A stretch of 64,000 nt of DNA from Felis catus. Lineage: Eukaryota. Both the position numbers and the translations under genes were made by a program. Location: assembly GCF_018350175.1 (NCBI RefSeq), contig NC_058368.1, positions 6,076,001 to 6,140,000 of the forward strand. The letters are read 5' to 3'. Below, one piece after another: positions 52,291-64,000 of the stretch; position 1 is the first letter of the stretch, and the number at the start of each line of letters is the position of its first letter. Under the pieces are notes generated by a model, which worked only from the letters and a program-made list of their open reading frames with translations, was not told the DNA's origin and ran no database searches.

Positions 52291-53869
52291 AGTGGCTTTA
52301 CCTTGACTTCGGTGCAGGACCAAGACCTTTGTTCTTCGTTTGTGAGACCTGACAGTGAGACCCACGAGTGCTCACTCTCTAGTCCATTGCAGGATTCTGA
52401 AGTGCAAATGGATAAAATTGGCTCCTCCATCAAATCAGACCACCATTCTGAACTTTATCTCAGGCAGCACCTTGTGCTGGAAATTTTTCCCCCCCAGCTG
52501 AAGTAGGTTCTAACATTTAGCTTCAGAAATTCTGACTACTTTATCTTAACATACAACTCCAGTAATTCCCTCTTCACTAATCACCCCGCAAAACATATTT
52601 AGTCCTTCATGGATGTATTGTGTAACTGCTTCAGAGTATATGTGGTTAATGTTTATATGTCCTTTGGGTCTTTCTGGTGGATGTTTATGGCTTAGATATT
52701 ATAGATTTCCTCTAGGGCAGTAATTGTGTTCCCCTCAGTTCCTGGCACATTGCCAAATGTTGACAGGTACTTAATACTTTTTTATTTTTGGTGTACATGA
52801 AATTCGTATTTGAAAGTGTCCCTTTTCAATTTGCTGAAATTAAAAACTTGAGCATATTATAGGAGGCTAGAGAAGCAGCATCTTGTGAAAATACCCGGAG
52901 AAGCAAAGTTTGATCGGCTGGCTGTATTGCTACCAGGAACAAAATTGAACAAAACCAAAAGTCAAAGACAGGGCAAACTTTGGTGATCAGGTGAGCCAAA
53001 TACAAGTCCCAGGTATTTGAAAAATTGAACCACTACAAAGAATAAAGCTTTTTTTCTGAAATATACCTTGTAAATAAATCAATTCAAATGGGAGAGATCA
53101 AACCTCTATTTGTAAATTTAAGAAAAATACAATTAGTCTCTGAACCAGACTGACATTTTTGTTTAAATCGTGATGTTCCGTGATTGATATTTGGAGTTTA
53201 TTTTTGTTATGTGAATAAATTATTTAGGCTCCTACGACTCAAGGTAACTCAGTTACTCATCTCTTGAGACAGCTCTCTAAAATTTATGGTTTTATTATAT
53301 AGCTCATGAGTTCCAACGAATAATCATCCTAAGGACAGGAATTCTTTCCATCATGATGCAAGGACCACTGTACATGTTTCTAGACACCCGAATTTAGAGG
53401 TTGTCTAGAGAACTAAAGAGATTTAAAAAACCTAAAACTTGTCCATCAGTGGTGTCATGACTTAATGTTAACCAAGTCCTATTTCTGGGGAAAGCAGACA
53501 TGAGTATTGAAAAATTATTTTTATAAGGTTTCTGTTTTAAGGAGAGCCAATTGTGAAAATTTGAGTTCGTGTAGAATAAATTTATTTGGAGTTTTTTTTT
53601 TTTTTTTTTTTTTTTCACTTTATGAAAGAATCTCTTTAAGTACATAAGCTCTCTTGGTGTATTTACCACATGATTTTGTTTGCAAAAAATTCAGTTTATA
53701 CACACTTTCCAAGAAAATGTTGTGTAAAGTAAAACATTACTTGTAATGTGTTTTCTAATGTTGACCCAACATTGAAGATCCTTTTAAATGTGAAGTCAAA
53801 TCATTTAAATATTTGATGTTTCATTATAGTTTCTCTTTAGCTGTAGTGTTTTGTTTTTGGTAAATTTAT

Positions 53870-55340
53870 GTTTTTAATTTATTTGGTAGCTATTTGCAGA
53901 ATGTCTCTAATATGTCAGGTTCTGTGCCTGATATTGGCAATTCAGCAGTGAACAGGACAGGGTCCAAGTCTTCAGGGAACTTACAGACTTTTCAGGGATG
54001 CAGGCAAGTAAAAAGGTAATTAGAGCATAGTGGGGATAGGGCTGCACTAGGGAAGATGTATAGGTTGCCGTGGGGGTATCTGATCTGCTCTTGGGGGTTC
54101 AAGGATGGTATTTCAGTTGTGACTTGAAAGATAATTAGAAGTTACACGAGTGAATGGGCAGTAAATAAGAGTGAGTGAAGGTTGGGGAGTTACAGTGCAG
54201 GCTAGAGGAGTAGCATCTGGTTCCAGAATTTCTTTATAAAGGAAGGAGTTCTACCTGGTGGAAAAGGGAGTATGATGTGTAGTAAGCAAATTTTAACTTA
54301 AGTTATTTATTTGAAGTGATTTCGAGAGCTTTTATGTTATGTTGTAGGAGGGAAGGCTAAAGCTGTCTCCAGGACCCTTTGGAGCCACCGTCAAGTAGCA
54401 TTTATAGAGATACGAAGAAAAGATAGTATGGTGAGGGAATTGGAAGAATTTCAATACCAGATTGCAGAGAGTGGTAACAGGTAGGGTGAGAGGCACAAAA
54501 AATTAAGTTGGAGAAGTAAGTGGAGTCTTGGAAATCATGTCGTGGACTTCTTACTTGATTCTGAAGACAATGGGGACCATTTGTAGGATTTAAACAGGTA
54601 GCAAGTTCAGATTAATCATTTAAAAAGAGTGCTTGACAACATACTCAGAATAGCTAGTAGCTACGGGGAACTGGGGTTGGGAAAATGTAATAGTAATCCA
54701 GGTGAGAGGTGCTAGAGGCTTGAATTAGGGAATGACAGAGGGAATGACGAACAATTGATAGGGCCTGTTGATTTATTGAATGTGAGAGAGGAAGGAGTCA
54801 GAAGAACCAAGGGTAAGGTCTAGGTTTCTGGCATAAGCAGCAAGATACTGCCATTCACATAGATAGCCAAAACAGAAAGAGGAGCAGGTTTGATGGGGAA
54901 CATGATGAACTGAGTTTTGGTGTATTGAAATGCATGTACCTGTTAAACATCTAAGAAGAAATGTCCGTTAGGCAGATAACATGAGTGTAGTGCTCTAGAT
55001 AGAGGTCTGGATATGGAAAAACTTGGGAGTTAACCAGGTACTTGAAGTAATAGCTTTGAGTCATCTTGAAATTGCCTAGACAAAGTGTAGAGTAAGAAGA
55101 GGTCCTAGGACAGAATGTAGAGAAACAGATGTCCATCCAGGAGGCCAACAAGTTGAGTCCCGAGGAGGAGGAGAAAACTCAGGGTCATTCCCACTGTGCA
55201 CCAGAAGTTGTGCAGTGCACAACTTATTGGCTGTACATGGCAACTTGGAGAACAGCCAAGGCCTTGTAAGGTAAAATCATACCAACCAAGGAAAGAGTGT
55301 TTTCAGAAGGAGTGGTAGGCATACCCTATGCCACACAGAG
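53870..55340 (-). mobile_element. Ancient L2 LINE remnant
   Basis: Degenerate L2 signatures (cagcagtgaacaggacag, gtaatccaggtgagag, ggagcaggtttgatgggg...gagttttgg). Confidence 0.6.
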
Positions 55341-55374
55341 GGGAAGGGAGATAATGAAGTATTTGGGTTAAGTA

Positions 55375-55865
55375 TTTTATTTGTTTATTTTTAATTATTT
55401 TATTTTATTAAAAAAAAATTTTTTTTTTCAACGTTTATTTATTTTTGGGACAGAGAGAGACAGAGCATGAACGGGGGAGGGGCAGAGAGAGAAGGAGACA
55501 CAGAATCAGAAACAGGCTCCAGGCTCTGAGCCATCAGCCCAGAGCCTGACGCGGGGCTCGAACTCACAGACTGCGAGATCGTGACCTGGCTGAAGTCGGA
55601 CGCTTAACCGACTGTGCCACCCAGGCGCCCCTATTTTTAATTATTTTAATGTTTGTTTATTTTGAGAGAGAGAGAGAGCGAGCGCAAGCAGGGGAGGAGG
55701 ACAGAGAGAGTGGGAGACAGTATCCCAAGCAGGCTCCATCCACACCATCAATGTGGAGCTCAAAGCGGAGCCTGACACAGAGCTTGAACCCACGAACCAT
55801 GAGACTGTGACCTGAGCCAAAATCAAGAGTTGGACACTTAACCGACTGAGCCACCCAGGCATCCC
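55375..55865 (-). mobile_element. Nested CAN-SINE pair in CDK8 intron 1 (young SINE ~55400-55631 in the tail of an older one)
   Basis: Two antisense SINE bodies; outer TSD ggttaagtatttt. Confidence 0.9.
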
Positions 55866-56249
55866 TTGGTTAAGTATTTTAAACAGAAGAAAAATTCAGC
55901 AAAAGATTTTTGGGCACTAGAGCTGAAATTATAACTTGCTTTGTAGGTTTTATCCAGAATGTTTTGTGGTACTTTTATGGGTAGCCTTATTATTCAGGGC
56001 CAAGCAATGAAAAGTTTACTTCCACCTTTGTTTCCACATTGGCTTATTATTGAAGCTAAAATTGTATATGCTGACTTGCTATTTATTTGTAGATTCATTC
56101 ATTCCATGGTATTTGAGATAGTTCTTTTTTTTTTTTAAATAAAATCACTTTTTTGTCTGATTATAAAAGAATTATAATTCTCTACAATTATAGGTTTATT
56201 GTAGAAAATTCATAGTCTAGAAATGTATACAGAAACTAGAAATTTTAGA

Positions 56250-56467
56250 AATTTTATTTATTTTTAATGTTTATTCACTTTTGAGAGACAGAGACAGAGC
56301 ACGAGCAGGGGAGAGGCAGAGAGAGAGGGGGACACAGAATCTGAAGCAGGCTCCAGGCTCTGAGCTATCAGCACAGATCCCGATGCAGGGCTCGAACTCA
56401 CAAACCATGAAATCGTGACCTGAGCTGAAGTTGGACGCTCAACCAACTGAGCCACCCAGGCACCCCC
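56250..56467 (-). mobile_element. CAN-SINE in CDK8 intron 1
   Basis: Antisense SINE; flanking duplication agaaatgtatac. Confidence 0.9.
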
Positions 56468-59400
56468 AAGAAATGTATACGGAAACCAAAAGCCTTAACT
56501 CTGCTACTGGAGACAAGTACTATTTTCTTTATCATCTTTCCAAATAATGCTATGAATGTAGGTAGAGATTAATGAAATCTACGATCTTAACATTTTTTTC
56601 ATTCAAGAATATTATACATCTCTTCCTGTCAGTAAATATAGTTCTAAACCATCAGTTTTAATTATTGCAGTCATTACATGTATGTATGTGAATATGTATC
56701 TATCTAGTGAACCAGTTCTCTAGTGATAGAAAAAATGTAAGTAGTCTCCAAATTTTAGCCATTACAATTAACAAAGGACCTCCTAGAAAATATGTCTGCA
56801 GTTCTCCAATTGTAGTTAGTCCTTGAAATGGAATTTCAGGGTCAAAGGTTATGTACTTTCAACAAGCAAATTTTTCTTATAAAATAAGATTGGGTTATAA
56901 AATTCATGTATGCTCATGATAAAAAATTTAAACAGTACATAAGGATACCTAGGACAATCTGAGTCTCCCTCTTTAGAATAGTCATTGTCAGCATCTTCTT
57001 GTGTCTATGCATATAGAAGCATATCTATGTATGGATAGACTTCAAAATTTATTGTAATACTTCATTCATTTTGAGCAGACAATACTACATGTATATGAAA
57101 AAATGTAAATATACTGAGGAAATGTAGACTTGTGTGTTTTCACTCCATCTCCTCCAGCCACCCAGGTCCTTCTTCCCAGAGCTGTCCGCTGATAGCTTTC
57201 TTGTGTTATGCTTTACAGTTTGTGGAAACAAACATCTTTTGACTTTATTCATGGTATTGTTTTTTGTGTGCAGCTCTTATTTTTAGGAAGTTACCTTTAT
57301 CACTTATTTCTTTAATGGCTCCCTGGTTATGTGTCAGAATTAGTTAGAAAGGTCCATATGTCATTATCTTTAAACACAAATTGTATGGTATTATGTGTAT
57401 GAGTCCGTGCCTTGCTTTTTTTCAGTTCATATGTTTTGGTGATCAGTACCTGCACGTAGATCGCAATTCAGTTCATCAGCTTATCATTCTGTTTTATGGA
57501 TAGAACGTAGTATACTGGTTCCATTGAGGGGACTTTAGGTTCTTTCACTTATATGTGCTTCTAAAAAGCACCGCAACAAACGTCCTTTACTGTCTTTGCA
57601 CACAACATTCTTTCAGGTGGAGGCAGAACTCCCCAGGTCCCCAGGCTCCCCACAGGGATATTTGCTGTGGCTGATGCCACTGGTGCAGAGTAAAGTTTTC
57701 GTGAAGTAAGAGAAGTTCCCTTGCTGTATCTACAGCGATTTTTATCCTTCCTGGTTTCTCTCAGTTCTAGAAACTGGTCATTATGCCTAAGCACAAGTTA
57801 CTGATAACAACCCTGGTACATTACCGCAGGACTGGTGAAGCGCAGGTCAGTTTCCTAGAAATAAATCTTAATAGGCCTGAGCTTAAGGCTCTTCTGTGGA
57901 CAATCTTAATGTCCTCTAAACAGGTTACACCAATTTTGCTCCCATCAAAACTCCACAAACAAAACTTATCTGAAGGAAGAAGTGGGAATAGATATAGTAA
58001 TGGGATGTTTGAACCATAGGGGTTAAATACATCGTAAAGTTAGAATGGTTTAGGTTATTCTTTTGGAACTTTTTGCTTTGAGTTCTCTTTGCCCACATAG
58101 TGTTATGCATTTTAGATTACTTGCTGGGCTAGAAATATTTAAGAGCCATGTGGATGTTTAAAGTTGTAGTCATTATTATGTTTACATCTTATTTCATGTT
58201 CACTTCATCGTACTTCTCGTTTCCCACTCAAAACTGCTGGTACACTGTGTTCCTATTACAAATAACTAACGCTCTGGATACATTCTACCTCCAACCATTT
58301 GTTTAACACTGACTCGTACTTTTTGCTTAGATGATCCCTTCTTTTTCCTGTTGCTTGGCTTTGGTCTTCCTTTCATTCTCTACCCAGCACTGATCTTCAC
58401 CCCAGATTTTCCTTTCTCCCACTTTTTGGTTTGCTTTTTCTGTTTTGTAGTTTTTTTATTTTTTAGCCTTGTGCTTTTGTCACCTGTTTCAGTGACCTGT
58501 GGGCTTGTCTCCATGGACTCATTCTGCCGATAGAATTGCTTGACTGTGTGTGTTCAGCAGAGGTAATCATTCATGGTAGATAAGCAGGCAGGTGGTTATC
58601 CATAAGATAATTCTGAGGCATTTTAACTTCAAAGAGACTAAATTTTTAAAGTTTTAAGTACTATTAAAAATAATTCTCTATTCATAGACATAATTTCTGC
58701 TGGACAGAAGTTGGAAGGTATTTACTCTGTATAGGGAGTTAGGAAGCAGAAGGAGTATGCAAACATGTTATCTTCTTATCTTAAAATCTATTTTAGTACA
58801 AATGAGTCCAGCTCTACTTGAAAATTTAAACCAGATATCCTGGAGTTGAAAGTAACTATTATCCTTTTTTTAGCCAAGACTAGCTGACCTCTGCAGATCC
58901 CCTTCAGGCTTGTGACATGAGCTAGATTCTGAAGTATGTAAGTGAAAAAAACATACGGAAATCTATCAAAGTAGCACATACTTCTCATACTTCATTTGTT
59001 TCTCTTCTGGTTTTTTGTTTGTTGTTTGTTTGTTTTTTGGATTGGACCATTCAATTCTAAAAGGCGATTCAGCCTGATGTTCTTTAAGTACTTGAAGTTT
59101 TCAGTGCCATCAAAAACAAACCAAGTGTAACGCCCGCAAACCCTGGTATTTTGACGTTGATCGCGCGGTGTCTTTGCTCTGTTTCTACCGCACTTTGTAG
59201 CGGGACCCGCTGAGTGGAGGTACGCTTGCTGGTTCTCCAATCAGAATGAGGTACAATTACATTTTGCCTTCGTGAAATTCTGTACTATAATTATCCCAGA
59301 AACGTTTTGGAATGTAAGATAACATGTGCCACTAGTTATTTATTTTAAAAGTGTTAAAAGTACTTTTGATTTCATTACAGTGTACTAAGTAGGGAAATTA

Positions 59401-59469
59401 AATCCCAGTTGTCTTCATCAGAAAATATTAGTAATACCTTCCAAGAAGTTATAATTGTATAGTTTATAA

Positions 59470-60845
59470 AAGTTTTTTTGTAGCTTTATTGAGATAAAGA
59501 TTTCCATAGCATACAATTTACCTTTTTAAAACGTACAGTTCCCTGTTTTTTTAGTATATTCACAGGGTTGTGCAGTTATCACCACAATCTAATTTTGGAA
59601 TTTTTTTTCCCTCTTAAAGAAACCCTGTACCCATTAGCAGTCATTCCCCTTTCCCTTCAACCTCCTAGCCCTAGGCAGCCACAAATTTGTTTTCTGCATC
59701 TGGATTTGCCTACGGTGGACATTTCATTTAAATGAAATCATACAGTATGTGGTCTTTTGTGATTGGCTTCTTTCACTTAACATAATGTTTTCAAGGCTCA
59801 TCAGTGATTTAGCATGTATCACATTTTGTTTAGTCATTTATCAGTTGATGGATATTTGAGTTACCAGTTTTTGTAATCATGCTGCTGTGACATTGGTGTG
59901 TACAACTATCCAAGTTCCTGCTTTCAATTCCTTGGGTATATACCTAGAAGTAGAATTGCCAGATCATATGGTAACTCTCCTTAATTTTTATGTAACCATC
60001 AAACTATTTCCACGGTGGCTGCAACATTTTACGTTCCCACCAGCAACGCACTAGGGTTCCAATTTCTCCACATCCTTGCCAACACATATTTTCCTTTTTT
60101 TTTTTTTTTTTTAATATAGCCATCCTTACGGGTATTAAGTGGTATCTCATTGTGGTTTTGATTTGCATTTCCCTGATGACAATTATGTTGAGTATCTTGT
60201 CATGTACTTTTTGACCATTTGTACATCTTGGGAAAACATAATCAAATCCTTTGCTCATTTTAAAATTGGCTTATCTTTTTATTATTGAGTTGTAGGTTTT
60301 TGGTTTTTTTTTCATATTCTGGATACTAGACCCCAATCAGATACACAATTTGCAAATCTTTTTCCCACTCTGGGTTGTCTTTTTACTTTCTTGTTGGTGG
60401 CGTTTATAGCACAGAAGCTTCTAATTTTGATACAATCCAATGTATTTATTTTTTCTTTTGCCACTTGTACTTTGGTGTTGTATCTAAAAACTGCTGTCTG
60501 ACCCAAGGTCACAAAGAACTTACTCCTATGTTTTTTCCTAAGAGTTTTATAATTTTAACTCTTAGATTAGGTCTGTGATCCGTTTTGAATATCATGGGAG
60601 TTGGGGTCCAACTTCGTTCTTTTACTGCTTGTGGGTATCCAGCTGTCCCAGCATCTTTGAATTGTCTGGGCACCTTTGTTAAAAATTGGTTGGTCCTAAA
60701 TGTAGGATTTGTTTCTTATACCTTCCATTCAGTTTGACTGATCTATGTTTGTTCGTAAGCCAGTAGTACCACACTACATTGATTACTGTCCGTTTCAAAA
60801 TTGGGAAGTGTGAGAACTCCAATTTTGTTCTTCTTTTTCAAGATT
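59470..60845 (-). mobile_element. L1M 3' fragment (3'UTR plus ORF2 C-terminus)
   Basis: The minus ORF 60004-60258 reads REMQIKTTMRYHLIPVRMAIL...CWQGCGEIGTLVRCWWE, the L1 ORF2 Cys-rich domain; degenerate. Confidence 0.9.
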
Positions 60846-60859
60846 TTATTTTTCATTTT

Positions 60860-62370
60860 TTAAATTGTGGTAAAATACACTGAATATAAAATTTACTATT
60901 GTAGCCATTTTTAAGTATACCATTCACTGATATTAAGTAAATTCTTATTGTTGTCCAGCCATCACCCACCATATATCTCCAGAACTCTCTACATCTTGTG
61001 AAATAGAAACTCTGTATCTGGTCAATAATTCTGTATCTGGTCCCCCTACTCCTCTCCTCCAGCCTGTGGAAAACCCCATTCTACTTTTTGTGTCTACTGC
61101 TTTAAGTATTTCATGTAAGTAGAATCACACAATATTTATCTTTTTGTAACTGGCTTATTTCACTTAGCAGAGTGTCCTGAAAATTTGTCTATGTTTTAGC
61201 ATATATCAGAACTTTCTTCCTTTTTAAGGCTAAGTAACATTTCATTGTATATACCACAATTTGCTTATCCATTCAGCCATTGATGGACACTTGGGTAGCT
61301 TCCACATTTTAGCCACTGTGAATAATGCTATTGTGAACATGGGTGTGCAAATATCTCAGGACCCAGCTTTCAGTTCTCTTTGATGTATCCCCAGAAGTGG
61401 GATTGCTGGATCATATGGGAATTCTGTTCTTAATTTTTTTGAGGAATTGCCATCCTGTTTTCCACAGTGGCTGTATCATTTTGCATTTCCACCAACAGTG
61501 CGTAGGGATTCCAGTTTCTCCACATCCTTGCCAGTGTTTATTATTTTCTGGTTTTTGTTTGTTTTTATAGTAGCCATCCTGATGGGTATTAGCTGGGATC
61601 TCACAGTTTTATTTGCATTTCCCTGATGATTAGTGATGTTGAGCATCTTTTCATGTGTTTATTGGCCATTGGTAAGGTCTCTGGAGAAATGTCTATTCAG
61701 GTCTTTTGCTCATTTTTGAATTGGTGGTTTATTTTTTGTTGTTGAATTTTAGGAGTTCTCTCTATATTCTGGATATTAATTCCTTATAACATATATATGA
61801 TTTGCAAATATTTTCTCCCATTCTGCAAGTTACCTTTTTACTCTGCATATTGTCTTTTGATACACAAATTAAAAAAAAAATTATAAAGTCCAGTTTGTTT
61901 TGTTTTGTTTTCTGTGCCTTTGATGTTCTATCCAAGAAATCATTGCTAAATCCAATGTTTTGAAGCCTTCACCCTGTTTTTGTTTGTTTGTTTGTTTGTT
62001 TGTTTGTTTGTTTTTTACTAAGACTTGTCTAGTTTTAGGTCTTACATTGAGGTCATGGATCTATTTTGAGTTAAGTTTTGTATATGGTATTAGGTAATGG
62101 TGCAGCTTCATTCTTTTGCATGTGGATATCCACTTTTCAAATACTTGTTGAAAAGATGTCTTTTCCTCCATTGACTGGCCCAAGCACCTTTATCAGGAAT
62201 CATTTGACCATATATGCAAGCGTTTATTTCTAGACTCTATTCTTTTGGTCTGTATGGTATATGTCTGTCCTTTTGTCATTACCAGAGTGTTTTGATTACT
62301 GTAGCTTTGTAGTAAGTGAAATCAGGGGTGTGAGTTCTCTCTAGCCTTATTCTTGTTTTTCAAGATTGTT
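60860..62370 (-). mobile_element. Second L1M 3' fragment in tandem with the first
   Basis: aaattgtggtaaaatacac...tccacatccttgccag...ttgcatttccctgatgattagtgatgttgagcatcttttcatgtg. Confidence 0.9.
61978..62015 (+). repeat. (TTTG)n microsatellite within L1
   Basis: Directly visible. Confidence 0.9.
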
Positions 62371-63527
62371 TAGAATAATCTGTGGTTCATAAAGATTAAA
62401 CTCTGATTGCATTTGCTACTATCTTTTACTTTTCTAATAGATTGGGATACCTTAGACATATGGCTCTAGGTTACAAAGTTTTCTGGGTAACTGGTTCACT
62501 TTTTATTCATCAAACATTTGTTTTAATCACTGTGGATGAAAATCATCCTAAAATGTAGTATACAATTTATATGTATGCATGTATTGGTTTCTGTACTAAA
62601 CAGTTGTGTTTTCAGAGTTCATCTGCCCATATTGTTTTCCTTTACTCTTCCCTCGTCAGTTGTCAGTTAAAGATGCAACTTAATGCTTTTTAAATTATGG
62701 GAGTAATGGAGTATCAGTTGTAGAACTTACAGTGCAAATACATTCTAAGAAGAAAATAAAATTCACCTTACTTTGGCCACCCAGACATTTTTCTAGTCAT
62801 GTTTTTTAAAGGTCAGATCATATTGTGCCTATTGTTTTTAAACCTGCTTCATTCCCTCAACAATAAATTATGTATATTCCATGTTACTTACCATCTTTCT
62901 GTTAAGTTTTTAATGTGTATTTATTGTATTGTGTGGTGGTGTCTTATATATATTTATTTTTACATTCAAGTATCTTTTGCAGTTAAAATTTTGTTGCTAC
63001 ATCTTTGTAGACATCCATGATTTTATCTGTAGGAAACATTTCCAGAAGTGGCTTTATTGAATCAGGTTTTTGATATATAAGGCCAGATTTTCTCCAAGAA
63101 AGTTGAACTTATTTGTAATCTCATTCATAATGAACAGGAGTAATGTTTGCCACTTTCTTGATCATTATCTCTATTATATAATTTTAAAAATAATTTTCTT
63201 TTAATCTTTGCAAATTTGATAGGAAACCTATGGAATCATGGTTTTACTTCTATTTGTTTCATTCATATTTAAATTTATAGTTTCTTATTTATTCCTTATT
63301 TAATTTCTTTTGTGAATTGCCCATATTTTGCCTGTTTTCCTATCATTTTCTTCTTTAAATTTTTTTTTAAAGTGCCTTGTTTGTTGGGATATCAACTCTT
63401 TTTTTCATATTGTAAGTATTTCTAATTTTTCATTTGTCAATTTTTACACTTAGGAAATATTAATGTGTAATAAAATCTCATTGTCTTACTGCCTCTGACT
63501 TTATTATATACATTTTTTCTTACATTT

Positions 63528-63756
63528 TCTTTTTTTTTAAAATTTTTTTTTTTTTTTACATTTATTCATTTTTGAGACAGAGAGAGACAGAGCATGAATG
63601 GGGGAGGGTCAGAGAGAGGGAGACACAGAATCTGAAACAGGCTCCAGGCCCTGAGCTGTCAGCACAGAGCCCGACGCGGGGCTTGAACTCACAGACCACG
63701 AGATCACGACCTGAGCCGAAGTCGGCCGCCCAACCGACTGAGCCACCCAGGTGCCC
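63528..63756 (-). mobile_element. CAN-SINE in CDK8 intron 1
   Basis: TSD tcttacattttct. Confidence 0.92.
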
Positions 63757-64000
63757 CTCTTACATTTTCTTCTAGCGTTTTTATGGGTTAAAAAAGTTTT
63801 TGTAGTTAAATTTTATTTGATCAAAATGTATTTGTCAGAGCAATGTTATACAGGATTATAACTGTAGTTTTTGTAGTCCTTTTAGTACTGTTGAATAATT
63901 CTTTCACGGTATATTTGAAATGCTACCTTTATCACTACCCTGAGTTCGCATATACACTTGTGTTTCTTTCTGGACTTTCTCCGCCAGCCCATCGATCTGT

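Overview
Mammalian genomic DNA, almost certainly from a felid, judged by dozens of young cat-type tRNA-derived CAN-SINEs. It holds two divergently transcribed genes about 20 kb apart. RNF6 (RING-H2 E3 ligase) lies complete on the minus strand: CpG-island promoter at about 23.5-24.4 kb, probable non-coding exons, coding exons 21400-21208, 19895-19800 and 16938-15176 (683 aa spliced), and a polyA signal at about 14110. CDK8 exon 1 lies on the plus strand (ATG 45304, donor after 45431), followed by about 18.5 kb of intron 1. The rest is repeats: CAN-SINEs (several nested), L1, L2, MIR, hAT-type MERs, solo LTRs, and a degenerate ~6 kb ERV-L provirus (LTR-gag-pol-LTR) between the two promoters. I found no prokaryotic-type system, CRISPR array or RNA gene, and nothing I can claim as a new biological system. 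The best leads are a frame-compatible candidate exon downstream of RNF6 that would give a RING-less isoform, uORFs in both leaders, paired ZNF143-type motifs, the ERV-L provirus, and several unusual retrotransposition scars. Repeat family names come from visual recall of consensus sequences and need RepeatMasker/Dfam confirmation.
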